A stretch of 64,000 nucleotides of DNA from Eledone cirrhosa (lineage: Eukaryota). The translations under genes were made by a program, and so were the position numbers. This document shows positions 1-14,541 of the stretch, in pieces; the first letter of the stretch is position 1, and every line of letters begins with the position of its first letter. The DNA is taken from NCBI GenBank assembly GCA_964016885.1, contig OZ024743.1, positions 90,024,001 to 90,088,000 of the forward strand. Direction: 5' to 3'. The notes under the pieces are model-generated. The model saw only the letters and a list, made by a program, of their open reading frames with translations, had not been told where the DNA came from and ran no database searches.

Positions 1-257
1 TGACTTCTTCGGTACATGTAGACACCTCAGGGCCGGGACCTTCCTCAAACTATATGGACAATAACAACACATTGGGATGGGAACTTCCCTCAAGCTATAG
101 GGATAGTAGCCCCGCCACACCGAGCGCAAAGTAAACCACCCCTACATACTCACCACCCCTACTCCTGCCTCGATCGACTCCTATAGCAACACATACGTAT
201 ACATATGTCCATACATAGATACTGTTGTTTAAAATTATACATACATAGATACTTGCA

Positions 258-305
<48 letters not shown>

Positions 306-434
306 GCCTTCGAAACACGGCTTGAGCTCTGCCGTCGGGGTCATACTTGTTCCTATTACCCACTCTACTACCCTAAGTATTGAGTACTTTGGTGCGTTAT
401 GGTCCATCTGGTTTTCCTTACCACATTTCCTTCG

Positions 435-544
<110 letters not shown>

Positions 545-560
545 GTATGTGTGTATATAA

Positions 561-592
<32 letters not shown>

Positions 593-1321
593 CATATGGA
601 ATGCACTTGAGCCTGTGTTTGTGCGTGTGTGCTTGCAACGATGTGCGTTGACATACACTCATATGTACTTTATGCCGAAATAGGAACTGTAGTCCTTTGC
701 ATTTCCGGATTTTGACACTCAGGTTCTGGTGTTTTACACTCCACTTTTATCTCATTTGCTCTTAAAACACATCACTCGATGATAAAATAAGAATTGTAAT
801 TCTTTACACTTCTCGATTCTGACACAGGTTTTCTACTTCAGTTAATATTTTTCAAATCTTTCAAATTTTGATATTGTTTGTAACACACGCATTTTTTTAT
901 TTTTTTATTTGTTTGGCACCCCCCACCACGTGAAATGGTGGCAGGATAGATGCCAACTTACACACACAAATCCTTCTGAACATAGCAGCAGCACACTAAA
1001 GCTGAACTGCCAGCTGACCCCTTAACACCACTACCACTACCAACACAGTGGACGAGGTCAGCTGTACTTAAACAAAAAAAACTACAACAGATTGTCTTGC
1101 CTCAGAAAAATTTCTATAGACTTTTGACTGATGAATGTTCTCACAACTGACCAATGGGATGTGAGAGTGTCCTATGACGCCGAAATTCGTTTGTTCTAAC
1201 CCATATGATTCCAGTTCCTCAGAGAAATAACAACACAACCAGGAGCTGGACATATCGATCTACTGACAGAGTAAAACACACTTCAACAACATGTGTACCT
1301 GTCTTTCCCACACCAATTCGG

Positions 1322-1376
1322 ACCGCCTGAAGAGGTCACAGCCAATGATAGCTGTCACCGAAATATATATAGCAGT
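1322..1376 (+). ncRNA. Type I hammerhead ribozyme motif
   Basis: ACCGC-CTGAAGA-GGTCACAGC(caatgata)GCTGTCACC-GAAA-TATATA-TA-GCAGT; one mismatch in stem I. Confidence 0.7.
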
Positions 1377-1640
1377 ATATCTATAATTTATAATAAACGA
1401 AGCCAAATTTTACATATTTGACTTAATTATTTTACATTACTCCGGAGTAAACAAACCAACCTGTGTACTTCGTCGAGTACTCCAATCTGCATACTGAGGT
1501 GTCGGTAAACAACCAACCATACACTAAAAATATATATATATATATATATATATGGCGTTGTCATTTGACGTCTTTGAAGAGAGCAGTGGCCTTTGACACA
1601 CACACACACACAAGTTTGTTTGTGTGCGTGTGTATCTATC

Positions 1641-1737
<97 letters not shown>

Positions 1738-1795
1738 TATAAAATAAAATAAAGTTAAATAAAAGTCAAATGATTAAAATTTACCTTCGTTTATT

Positions 1796-1850
1796 ACTGC
1801 TATATATATTTCAGTGACAGCCATCTTTGGCTGTGACCTCTTCAGGCAGT
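1796..1850 (-). ncRNA. Type I hammerhead ribozyme motif (same family as 1322)
   Basis: Reverse strand: ACTGC-CTGAAGA-GGTCACAGCC(aaagat)GGCTGTCACT-GAAA-TATATA-TA-GCAGT; perfect 5-bp stem I. Confidence 0.78.
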
Positions 1851-3431
1851 TTGAATTAGTATGGTATAGACAAGTACATATGTTGTTTAGGTGTATAATA
1901 TTGTCAATACTCTGATATGCCCAGTTCCTTGTTGGGCTGTTAATTCACTGAGGAACTGGAGTCATATGAATTCAAACAAACGAATTTCAGTGTCAAAGGT
2001 CCCCTTCTCCTCTCATTGGTCAGTTATTAGAACATACCTCATTCTAAGTGTTGTTATTGTTGGTGTTAGCTTAGAATTTGTTAATATAGTAGAATGGACA
2101 AGGTGTTAAAGGAACAAAATAACAAAAAAAGTGTCAAACTTCCCATTGGTCAGTTCTGAAAGCATTCCTCAGTCAGAAGTCTATAGAATTCTTTCTGGGG
2201 TGAGGCTCCCTGTAGTGTTTTTGCCTGCTATTGTTCAGTACATTTGACCTCCACCATTATTTTGGTACTGTTGTTGGTGTAGTTTAGCTACGAAGCTAAA
2301 TTTTAATCATTTGACTTTTATTTAACTTTATTTTACACTACTCCGGAGTAACCAAACCAACCTGCGCACTTCGTCGAGTGCTCCAGCCTGCATACTGAGG
2401 TGTTGGTATACAACCAACATAAACTCAAAATCTATATATATATATATATATATATATAATGGATACATATATTGTTTGCTCACTGTCACTAAGCATCTCA
2501 ATTCATTCGTTGCAACTAAGTTTGTGATCGAAGCACTTTGTTTTGCAATGTACTATTTTTCCCTTGAGTTTGTGATTCAAGAGAAAGGTAAGAAATTCTT
2601 CATATTTTACAGTTTGAATTATGTATCCACTCAAAATATTACAACAGCTAACAGTGAAATATAGAATTTAAAAAAAAAAAGTTTTTTCGACTGAGATCAA
2701 ATCTTTGAGAACATTCACGTCTATTTTTGAAAAATATATAATTTGAAATAGCTTGATTTTGTTTTGGACTGAAACTTTTTTGTATTTAATTCGTACGAGT
2801 ATTTTTTAAAGATTTATAGAAAGATTCTAACATAACTTGATTTGGCTGAGTAATCTGCTGATATCAAAATCAGTAGTATATTGAAAAATGGAAAAATAGC
2901 GTTTCGTGATTTCGAGGAGCAAAAGTGGGCGTTTGGCCGAAATGGGTTGAGAACCTATGTTCTAAACAATTTAATTTAATTCCATAATATGATTTTACAA
3001 TTTGGTTTTGTAGATCTCTATATATATAGAGAGAGAGAGAGGGAGAGAAGAGGGGAGGGGGGGGAGATAAAGCAATAGTACCTATCTATCTCACTCTACT
3101 CTCCCTCTCTCTCTCTATCTCTATCTCTATCTCTCCTCTCCCTCTATCTCTCTTTATATATACATACATATATATATATTATACGTTGATGGACGCGAGA
3201 ATGAGTACTCAATACATATGCCTCTGTCCCTTTTTTCCGTCATCCAGGCCAGTTCACCGATATTCTCAACAATTCTTTATTGTGACTAACTATTATTATA
3301 GTCATTTACGTTGGAACATTATTCTGTGTATATTACCTGACTGACCACATTAAATACATGCCCGAAACTCCAAGTGACAATGACGTAAATCACTAATGTA
3401 TGTATATGGGGGAGAGGTGCATGTGGGTATG

Positions 3432-3552
<121 letters not shown>

Positions 3553-3676
3553 GTGTGTGTGTGTGTATGTGTGTATATATATGTGTGTGTGTGTGTATAT
3601 ATATAGTGTTTATATATATATATATTGTGTTTATATATATATATACATACACCTACACACACACGTACTCACACGT

Positions 3677-3714
<38 letters not shown>

Positions 3715-3855
3715 TTATATATACATATATAAGTGTGTGTGTGTGTGTATGTACATTCATATATATATACACATACATATATAAGTGTGTGTGTGTATGT
3801 ACATTCATATATATATACACATACATTTATTCTTATATATATATATACATTACAT

Positions 3856-3985
<130 letters not shown>

Positions 3986-5149
3986 GGATAAATGCAATTC
4001 AAAATACGTAATGTAGAGTGGGTGTATTTATATAAAAATAAAACACTTGTGTTGTGTTTTTTTCATAACTCAATTGTCGACACATGTACAAACTTGAAGC
4101 CCTACATTCGTGTTGCATATGCATACCTCAGTTACAGACATGAGTACATCTTCCTCATAAAACTAATGTCTACATTTGCACATTGCCGCAGATGGTAATT
4201 GCATTCCTGCACGTACTCACACTACACGGTCACACACCTATCAGATACATATACACACAAGCACACACATGAGTGTGTGTATAGATATGTATGTGTGTGT
4301 GTGTGTGTGTGTGTATGTGTGTGTGTGTGCGTGTATGTATGTACTTGCCCAAGATATCAGGCAGTGAGATCGAACCCGTGACCTTATGATTGTCAAATGA
4401 ACTTCTTAATCATTCGGCGATGCTGCGCCCACTCGGTAAAAAGAACTGAAAATATGTACAGTATATCTCATCATTTCTGGCGTTCACTATAGATGTAAGT
4501 TTGATATCTCCAAATGAAATGTATCAATGTATGTATGAACCTATAGTTTCCGTAGAAGTGCCGTCATAACATTGGTAATTTTATACCTGGCAAAGCCTAT
4601 CCCTCTGTATGCTGGAACGCAGCCGATTTCTTTCAAAGAAGGAGTGTGAGTGAGAGAGAACTACGAATGTGATACAGCTAAAGAATCAACTCCACTAAAT
4701 AACTTTATTGACTTCGAAAGGATAAAAGGCACAGTTGACTTCGGCAGGATTTGAACTCAGATCGCAGGGAGCTGAAACGAAAACAGTAAAGCCTTCTAAC
4801 GTTATAACGACTCTGCCATTTCGTCGTCTTCCCAAATGAAATGATTAAGCAATATTTGCTGACATAGCATGTTAACTAGCCGTTAACCCTAAAGAATCCA
4901 GGTGAAGCAATAGAGTAGGGAGAATATTTACCAATAACACGTAACATAACCTTACGTTGGTCTTTCACAATTGTTAAACAAAACCTAGCGTGTCAGCTGT
5001 GACATTAACTTCAGAAAGATGACTTTCCTGATATTGTTTCGTAAAGATATTTCAAAAATGTCGATATTGAACCAAACCTACGAACCGCCGATCCTCGGCA
5101 ACAGAGAAAGAGATGTATCGATTACCCATCTTATATATTATATATTCAT

Positions 5150-5545
5150 CTGATTTTGATAATTTACGAGAATAGAATTTCTTAACATGACCACATCACG
5201 AATGAAGAGGTCAGAGAAAGGGTTGGGCGGAGTAATTTACGGCATACCGCCAACGTAAGACGGCAGGAAAATACTTGGTTACATGCTACACAAGCCCACG
5301 AAGAGACAAGTGAAAACCTGTCTCGAGTGGAAGCCTAAAGTGGGATGGAAGAGACAAGGATGGCTAGGCAAGACCTTGTTGAGGTCTGTAGAGGGATGCC
5401 TGGTTGTCATTGACCTGGCCCAGGAGTAGACCCATGACAGAGCTTGTGACCATACAGTGTAGAGATCTCTCATCACCCAATATTCCATAGCAAGCAAAAG
5501 GAACACTCGCCGTCGAAACTGACGGAGGTCCAACAACAACACTAA
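5150..5545 (+). mobile_element. Degenerate RTE-like LINE 3' fragment
   Basis: Plus frame GYMLHKPTKRQVKTCLEWKPKVGWKRQGWLGKTL resembles the RTE GHxLR...LxWxPxGxRxRGRP motif. Confidence 0.5.
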
Positions 5546-7299
5546 GACAACAAATCGCTCCAGGATTGTGTTTATCAGTAGTTGTAATGACGGTGGAATT
5601 TGGTTTTTATGTCTTTAGAGCGTCAGACAAATGTTTGTCAGTATTTGGTCCAACTCTTTTATTTCTGAGTGTCAAGTCAAGATTAACTTTTCAAACTTTC
5701 CAGGTCGATAAAATAAAGTACCAGTAAAGTTTTTTTTTTTTTTGGGGGGGGGGGGGGGTTATATAATCAGCTTCCTCCCCCTCGTCGCAAAGTGTTAGCC
5801 TTGTGTCTAAATTAGACCTTTCATAAAGTACCAGTAAAGTACTGGGGTCGATATAATCGACTTTCTCCCTTCTCTACAAAAGGTAGGCCTTGTGTTTAAA
5901 TCAAATTCTTTCATGCTCTCCCCCACCCTCACTACAAAGTCGATAAAATAAAGTGCCAGTAAAGTACTCGGGTCGATATAGTCGATTCCCCTCCCCTCAA
6001 ACTGTTGACCTTGTGTTTAAGTTAGACCATTCATAAAGTATCAGTTATGTACTGGGGTCGATATAGTCGACTTTCCCCTCGCCACAAACTGTTAGCCTAA
6101 CGGATAAAAAGAAATCACATGTTTTGAATGGTAAATAAATATATACATATATATATTTATTCTGAACATAATTGTTTCTACTTTTGGAACAAGGCCAGCA
6201 AATACTCAGTGCATTACTGGTACTTTATTTTATCGACCCCGTAAGGATGAAAGGTAAAATTAACCTTGGCGGGAGTTGCATAATGAAATCAAATTCCCGT
6301 TGTCACTGCCTCCGTCTCTTTCACTCTCCTCATCTCTCACTATTATAAGCAAATGAGGGGGCTTAGTCTAAGTTAGACCTTTCATGCTTTCCAAGTCAAT
6401 AAAATAAAATTAGTAAAGTACTCGGATCCAGAGCCCATGAGAGGGGCTCCAGTCGGTACTTTGTTCCGGGGCCCAAGAGCTAACAAGGCCCCCATGCAAC
6501 ATCCATTTTGAGAAAAATGTTTGCCTGCTTCGGGTCCCAATGGGGTCTTGTACCTCCTTACAAAATTTCACTTGGAGGCCCTGCTCGGGTTCGATATAAT
6601 CGACTACCCCCCTCCCCCACCTCTCACAACAAACTGCTGGCCTTGTGTCTAAGTTAGAAACTATTTATCAGTCGTTGTATAATTCCGCTCTGGCTGTGTA
6701 AACAGTTTTCATTTATGATGAAATGAAAATATATATTTTGTTGAAAGAAACGCTTCATATCTTCTTGCGACAGATGTCATCTGTGATAAAAGACCATTTC
6801 TTAAAACAGGAATATTAACTTAACCATTCTGCGGACAAGAAATATGGTGTGGATATCGGCAGCGGGGCGGGGGCGGGGGGGGGGGGGTTCTTCTTTCTTT
6901 TCTTTTTTTTTTGGCTTGTTTTGTGTTGTTTATTTTGTTTTTTTATTTTGTATTTTTTTACATACACAGCTTCATAAATATTTTAAATTAGCAAAAGAAA
7001 CAGTTGATGTTGATAGTAGTGATAGTGATGGTAGTAGTGGTGGTGGTGGTAGTGATAGTAGTACTAGTAGTAGTGGTGGTAGTCGTCGTCGTCGTGATAG
7101 TAGTAGTAGTAGTAGTAGTAGGAGGAGGAGGAGGAGGAGGAGGAGGGGGAGGAGGAGGAGGAGGAGGAGGGGGGGGAGGAGGGGGGGTAGTAGTAGTAGT
7201 AGTAGTGATCCGCTAAAATACATACATCACATGTAAATATAGTAAACCAAGGATTGACATACTCAATGTGGTTACCAGGTTCAATTTATTTATCAAATA

Positions 7300-8208
7300 C
7301 TAGCAGTAAAACCCGGTGTTGCTCGGGGCTGCTCAGTCGCTGTGTTAAAGTTACAACGTTAAGTTCCTTTCTTGGCTTAAAAACTGTAGAGTCTACAGTG
7401 TAGACTTTCATGATTAATATTCCCTCAACCAACAGTATGCCTTATGAAGTTAAGAAAACATAACCATAATCCGAATGTTAAAACAAAAGAGGATGCTGGG
7501 GGTAAAAACTGCACTGGTAATCTATTAACAAATCGAAAATGTAAACACTGCAACACTTGTCTCAGAGAAAAACATCAGCGTAACCAAACTATCAATTATT
7601 TTGAAACAAAGAAATTAGATGGACATAAAAAAAAAATAAAAAAAAATAAAAAAAATGCGTTATCTGTCTGTCGTTTAAAATCATTGCTTCTAAATTAAAA
7701 TCTCATAAGGCTTTATTCGAGATGAATGCTTCTTTTACAAAATATTTGCTTGTTTTACGGTGTATTCAAATAGGCTTGTTTTCAAGTAAAAATATTGTTT
7801 TAAAAGACTTTTAATGGAAATGAAGCAAAATGGAAGCTTAATGTTGAAACTTAATGAATTTTGCAGGTTAAAATTTAGCTGGCCCGAAAGTTGTTTGTAT
7901 ATTTTTGTACTTTTGCACGCGTCGTTTAGACGTAACATAAATAGATAAGCAAATGACGCCATAAAAGGGAAATAACTTGTCTCTCATCTCTATTTATACA
8001 TTTGAACTGAAAAATCAATACATTACAAATTCGTTTTTTTTGCACTTGGCGTGGGTCGATTTGAAAATTTCTTTGACCGATGTCTCCGCCGGACCTTCAT
8101 CTATAAGTGTTGCAATTTCACCGAAATTTGAACGTACGGTTTAGGAGATGTGTGCCGACCGTTTTAGACAGACAGACAGACAGACAACCTCAGTTTTATA
8201 TATATAGA
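7300..8208 (-). mobile_element. Non-autonomous Helitron
   Basis: Minus strand starts TCTATATATATAAAA with (CTGT)n and ends with hairpin CCCGAGCAACACCGGG plus CTAG|T. Confidence 0.8.
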
Positions 8209-9420
8209 CTAGCAGAAAACCACCCGTGGGCGGTTTTCTGCTAGTCTATATATATAAAACTGAGGTTGTCTGTCTGTCTAAAACGGTCGGCACACATCTC
8301 CTAAACCGTACGTTCAAATTTCGGTGAAATTGCAACACTTATAGATGAAGGTCCGGCGGAGACATCGGTCAAAGAAATTTTCAAATCGACCCACGCCAAG
8401 TGCAAAAAAAACGAATTTGTAATGTATTGATTTTTCAGTTCAAATGTATAAATAGAAATGTATAAATAGATAAATGTATAAATAGAAAACCACCCGGTGG
8501 GCGGTTTTCTGCTAGCAAATCTAGTGTATATACTGATATTGTTGAGATTTGGATGAGAAATGTTTTCGGCACCATATGTTCACCGTCTCTCGGTGTGTCT
8601 TTTATGCATGTATAAATATATATGTTATCTATACGGTGAAATCTTTGAAATAAATATATGTTAAAACGAAAAAGGAGAAAATAAATAATTGGCGGTTAGA
8701 AAAAAATATTCCTATGAAATTTTAATCATACCATTAGGTGTGAATAAGGAAATATTTTTTTATTGTCAAAACAAATGTTCAAAAGTTAAACTTCAATTTT
8801 TTGAATTATTTCCAATTTTTTCATGAAATTGAACACTGGACATTGGCTGCTGGAAATGGAAATTAAATCGTATTTAATTGTATTTAAATTTCTAATTGTA
8901 TTTAAATTTCTAACCTTCATTTTTCAATAAGAAATAAAAAAAAAACAACAACAAAAATTGAAGAAAAAAATTGAACAAATCAAACGTTGGTTATGGAACT
9001 GCGCAATCTGATTAATAAATTACCTCATCAGCAGCAACCTTCTACAAATGGTCCTTATTATCAGCAGCAACAACTACAAATTCAATGGCAACCTTCTTCA
9101 AACCACAAATTCAATGGAAACCTTCTTCGCATGGTGTCAAGTCAGAACCGCCTCGAACTGGTTACTTCTGGTTTGTGCAAGGTGTCTCTATAGCAACCAG
9201 CGATTCCCTCGGCCTCAGTGACCAAAGTCAGTGGAGAGGGGAAGGTAATGTTTATATAGCACGTGTTTTAGCGTCTATTCACTCTCTCTCTCCCTCTCTC
9301 CCTCCCGCTATCCCCCTCTCGTAGTCTGTCTCTTTCTTTCACTCTCACTCTCTCTCTACGCACGTGTTTCCACTGTCGGACAGACAGACAGAGAAATTGC
9401 TGGTTAATTATATAAGTAGA
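8209..9420 (-). mobile_element. Second Helitron joined head-to-tail (CTAG|TC) to the first, interrupted by an inverted duplication
   Basis: A|TC 5' end at 9420 with (CTGT)n; 3' hairpin and CTAG at 8209-8244, with the hairpin repeated at about 8484-8515. Confidence 0.6.
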
Positions 9421-10098
9421 TATATATATATAATGTATTGGTGTGTAAGCCTCGTCCTTAAGAAGCAATGTTAATAATGGTTTCTACGTTAGGCACAAGG
9501 ACAGCAATTTTGGGGTGCGGGGAAAGTCGATTAAATCGTTCCCAGTACGTTACTGGTACTTTATTTTATCGACCTCGTAAAGATGAAAGGCAAAGTTAAC
9601 CTTGGCCGGATTTGATCATAAAGGATCATAAAGGGCCGTAACTCTATGCTGCAAAGCATGGCGTCCGACCCTCTACCAATACTGCCAATCCACCGCCCTA
9701 ACCAGTGTTAATAATAATAATATATATCTGAAATGTTGTTCATCATGCGGCCTACTTAAGACATGGTATGTATGATACATATTCAACTTGTCCCCTTCGG
9801 TGGAAGATATTCATATAGTAATTCAGCGGTACAACACCTTGTTCCCCCACACGGTCTAGCAACGAAATGCTATGTATGATATATTTTCAACTTGAACCCT
9901 TATTTCTATGAAGAATTCACCGCTAGATGAAAGAGCTTTAATTCCTCCAATATTGCTTATTCCAATGTCTTGGAATTCCTGATGATGTATCTTGAATTCC
10001 AGAAACTATGGTCGGGGTATTATATTAAAATTATATTATATTAAAGCCGACTTTTTGTAGGCGATTTCGTTTATAACCCAACCAAAATGAGATTTTGG

Positions 10099-10156
<58 letters not shown>

Positions 10157-10308
10157 TTTATTATGGTTAGGTGAGGAGTTTTGTGAGAAGTCTTTGTCTG
10201 ATGATTCTGTGAATATGACAGGTGAATTCCAGAGTAACTTAGCCATAATAAAGAATATTTAAACTCTACTTCAGTATTGAGTATTCATCCACACATCTGC
10301 CAATATCA

Positions 10309-10363
<55 letters not shown>

Positions 10364-10471
10364 TATATATAATATATATATATAATATATATATATATGA
10401 ATTTTTTAATATAAGGAACTGTTTCTTTGTTTATATTCATTATTTTTATTAATTTATATATATATATATAC

Positions 10472-10529
<58 letters not shown>

Positions 10530-10532
10530 ATG

Positions 10533-10634
<102 letters not shown>

Positions 10635-10696
10635 TATATAAATTAATAAAAATAATGAATAAAAACAAAGAAACAGTTCCTTATATTAAAAAGTTC

Positions 10697-10957
10697 ATCA
10701 TTTTACGATCGTTTCTAGGATATATATGTGTGTGTAGGTATGTATATCATATAGATCTATGTAAAAGCTTTACAAACTATCAGAGGGAATATACATACCT
10801 ACACATATATATGCTGTCTTCAGAAATAATTTCTGAAGACAGCATATATATGTGTAGGTATGTATATTCCCTCTGATAGTTTGTAAAACTTTTACATAGA
10901 TCTATATGATATACATACCTACACACATATATATCCTAGAAACGATCGTAAAATGAT
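10697..10957. ncRNA. Head-to-head pair of long-stem-II hammerhead motifs forming a palindrome
   Basis: Plus 10826-10957 and minus 10697-10830: (ATTT)-CTGAAGA-about 100 nt hairpin-GAAA-CGATCG-TA-AAATGAT. Palindrome centre 10828. Confidence 0.7.
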
Positions 10958-10964
10958 AAAAATA

Positions 10965-11410
10965 AAAAGAAGAAGCAAAAGAAAGTTATGGTTTTCGTAT
11001 CCACCATCATTTTCACATTCAGAAAAAGTAAGATATAGTTTCTACATCCATCACATAAGTAACGATGATTCCGTATTGAATGTTTGATGCATTAAAATAA
11101 ATTATTTTAGTGTATTGAGTCTCAGTGTTATTTAATCCAAGTTTATAGAATAGGTTGATTCTGCTGCGAGAATTTACAGCGGTTGTAATAAACCGCTGTA
11201 AATTCTCGCAGCAGAATCAACCTATTCTATAAACTTGGATTAAATAACACTGAGACTCAATACGCTAAAATAATTTATTTTAATGCATCAAACATTCAAT
11301 ACGGAATCATCGTTACTTATGTGATGGATGTAGAAACTATACCCTTACTTTTTCTGAATGTGAAAATGATGGTGAATACGAAAACCATAACTTTCTTTTG
11401 CTTCTTTTTA
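10965..11410. repeat. Long near-perfect palindrome (about 215 bp arms, 6 nt spacer)
   Basis: ...gagaatttacagcggtt-gtaata-aaccgctgtaaattctc...; arms match out to aagaagcaaaagaaag / ctttcttttgcttctt. Confidence 0.9.
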
Positions 11411-11933
11411 TTTTTATTTTTCAGCACACATACTTTTTTCTTCTATACAAAAAATACCTTACCACTACAACCACCATAATAATCTTGCTTACCTGCTTAA
11501 AGTGCTTGCATTACGTGTAACACCCTGCCACACAATAATAGTATAAAAATGAGACACACTTGCATGCTCCGCGTGTAACTAACGCATACACTACCTACTA
11601 GACCTGACTATCAAACTATCCTCTTGCATTATCTGTGCTATCTGCCGAATGTATTTTAATTTTTATTTTTATTTTTATTTTGATTTTAATTTTGATTTTG
11701 ATTTTGAATTGCTGTACAAAAATAGTATAGTATAATATATGTCAATCCACTGTACATATATATGTATCTGTATGTCTCTTGCGTTGGAAAGGAGGTCAAT
11801 TATGTGTACAAACATTGAAAGATGCTCGAAGACTCCAAGCCTAGGTTTGATGAAACAATTGTAAGTGAATAAATGCTTTGAACATAGCTTTGATTCTTGT
11901 GAATTCTCTCTCTCTCTATATATATATAATATA

Positions 11934-11971
<38 letters not shown>

Positions 11972-11977
11972 TAAAGA

Positions 11978-12064
<87 letters not shown>

Positions 12065-12138
12065 ATATATGTATATATATATGTTATATATATATTATAT
12101 ATATGTATATATATATATATATTATATATATATATATA

Positions 12139-12187
<49 letters not shown>

Positions 12188-12208
12188 TATATATGTACAC
12201 TAAAGATG

Positions 12209-12242
<34 letters not shown>

Positions 12243-12280
12243 TATATATATATTATATATATGTATATATATATATATAT

Positions 12281-12313
<33 letters not shown>

Positions 12314-12490
12314 ATATATATGTATATATATATATATTATATATATATTATATATATGTATATATATATATATTATATATATATTATATATATGTATATA
12401 TATTATATATATATTGTATATATATTATATATATATTATATATATGTATATATATATATATATATTATATATATATATATATATTATATA

Positions 12491-12537
<47 letters not shown>

Positions 12538-12541
12538 ATAT

Positions 12542-12575
<34 letters not shown>

Positions 12576-12620
12576 ATGTATAATATATATATATAATATA
12601 TATATATATATATTATTATA

Positions 12621-12775
<155 letters not shown>

Positions 12776-13334
12776 CACAAAGAGAAGTGTGTTACACAGT
12801 GAGATGTGTGTAAAGAATTATTACAAGTGATTTTACCGTTACTGTATAGAGAACAATATCTACAGGTTTAGCAATTAAATAGAATAAAACTAATTCAGAA
12901 TCAAATCTCTGGATGAGAGTTTTAAATCACAAACCTTATAACTATATTTTGCTGATACGAATCTCGCTTCGTTTCACGACTTATATGTGAAGTATCAGGT
13001 CACAGGATCCTCAGTCAGCAAATGCGAACACTGAACACTACACATCTAACCTCATGGATAGAGAGATTGCTAATAGACACGCTGCCCAGAGTAGGGGGAA
13101 ATCACGTGTTATTTGCATCAAATAACGGGTCTCGAGGATTGGGGAAGACGCTAGAAAGTGTAGCCCAACCATTCGAATTTATTAGCTCAACAATTTGGAG
13201 CTCATTAAGTAATATATACTTTGTGTAATATATACTTGCATTTGAGCTCAGAAGTAAATTCTCTATTCTTCTTTGAGCTAATACTATTATTATTATTACA
13301 GTGAACTGCGGAATACTCTTAATTCCGATCTTTG

Positions 13335-13392
<58 letters not shown>

Positions 13393-13426
13393 TATAATAT
13401 ATATATATATAATATATATATAATAT

Positions 13427-13516
<90 letters not shown>

Positions 13517-13530
13517 AATATATATATAAT

Positions 13531-13596
<66 letters not shown>

Positions 13597-13635
13597 TATA
13601 TATACATATATATAATATATATATAATATATATAT

Positions 13636-13731
<96 letters not shown>

Positions 13732-13799
13732 ATGTATGTATATATATAATAAATATATAATATATATATACTATATATATATAATATATATATATATAA

Positions 13800-14500
13800 C
13801 TTTAACTTTGATAACTTTGATAGGTTTCGGCCAGTATTGGCCCAGGCCATGTCTAACTTAATAGCACCACCTGGCGAAGTCTTACAAATCAGTGTTTGGG
13901 CCCCATGGCCCACTCGAGCAGAGAGTTATTGTTTACGGAGGCATATCCGGGTGTAGGAGGCTTATCCGGGATTTCTTGAAGGAATTTATCCAAAGGCTTC
14001 TTGAACTTGATGGAGTCTGTCTCTGCTTTGATGTGTTTTGGTGTAATGTTAAAGAGTGCAGGGCCAATTGAGGTGAAATAATTGTGCCGTATTGTTGTTA
14101 TGTGATGCGGGTGGGATTTTGCCGTGGGCGGATAGCACGGGGCCCAAGCCTTGGGTGTACACTAAAGGTGATGCCAACATCATTTGGGCTAAGCTGATGG
14201 AATATTTTCCACATCATGCAGATACTGTAGCGCTCACGGCGACGTTGAAGAGAATAAAGTTTGAGCTTTTCTAATCGACCCCAATAGTCAAAGCCTGTCA
14301 TGCCATCTATCTTTTTTGTAATTGACCTTTTGGTGCTTCAACATTCATGATACTTTGTTTCGTGTGGGGTGACCACAGTGGACAACAGTAGTCAAGGTAA
14401 GGGTCGGGCAAAAGTGGAGAAGAGAAGGAAAACAGTGTGGATATCTCTCGACTGGAAAGTTCTGAGAATCCAGGAACACATTCTGCGGGCCATATCAACT
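13800..14500 (-). mobile_element. CR1-like LINE 3' fragment
   Basis: LDYCCPLWSPH and RLEKLKLYSLQRRRERY motifs; 3' tail shared with the 21.3 kb copy. Confidence 0.85.
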
Positions 14501-14508
14501 ATATATAT

Positions 14509-14541
<33 letters not shown>

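Noticed and set aside
1-63. DFFGTCRH, resembling the Penelope C-terminal CRH motif
   Set aside because: Too short at the window edge to support a call.
4588-4640. Possible minus-strand exon IGCVPAYRGIGFA with a GT donor
   Set aside because: The sequence resembles the SINE tail seen at about 45745-45790 and 60690-60715.
6844-7236. Ser/Arg/Gly-rich ORF
   Set aside because: Built from (AGT)n, (GGT)n and (AGG)n microsatellites.
9972-10016. CTGATGA...GAAACTATGGTC hammerhead-like motif (similar decayed ones near 1128, 10198, 16690, 23023, 54699)
   Set aside because: Stems I/II do not pair or a core box is mutated; probably decayed relics, so not counted.
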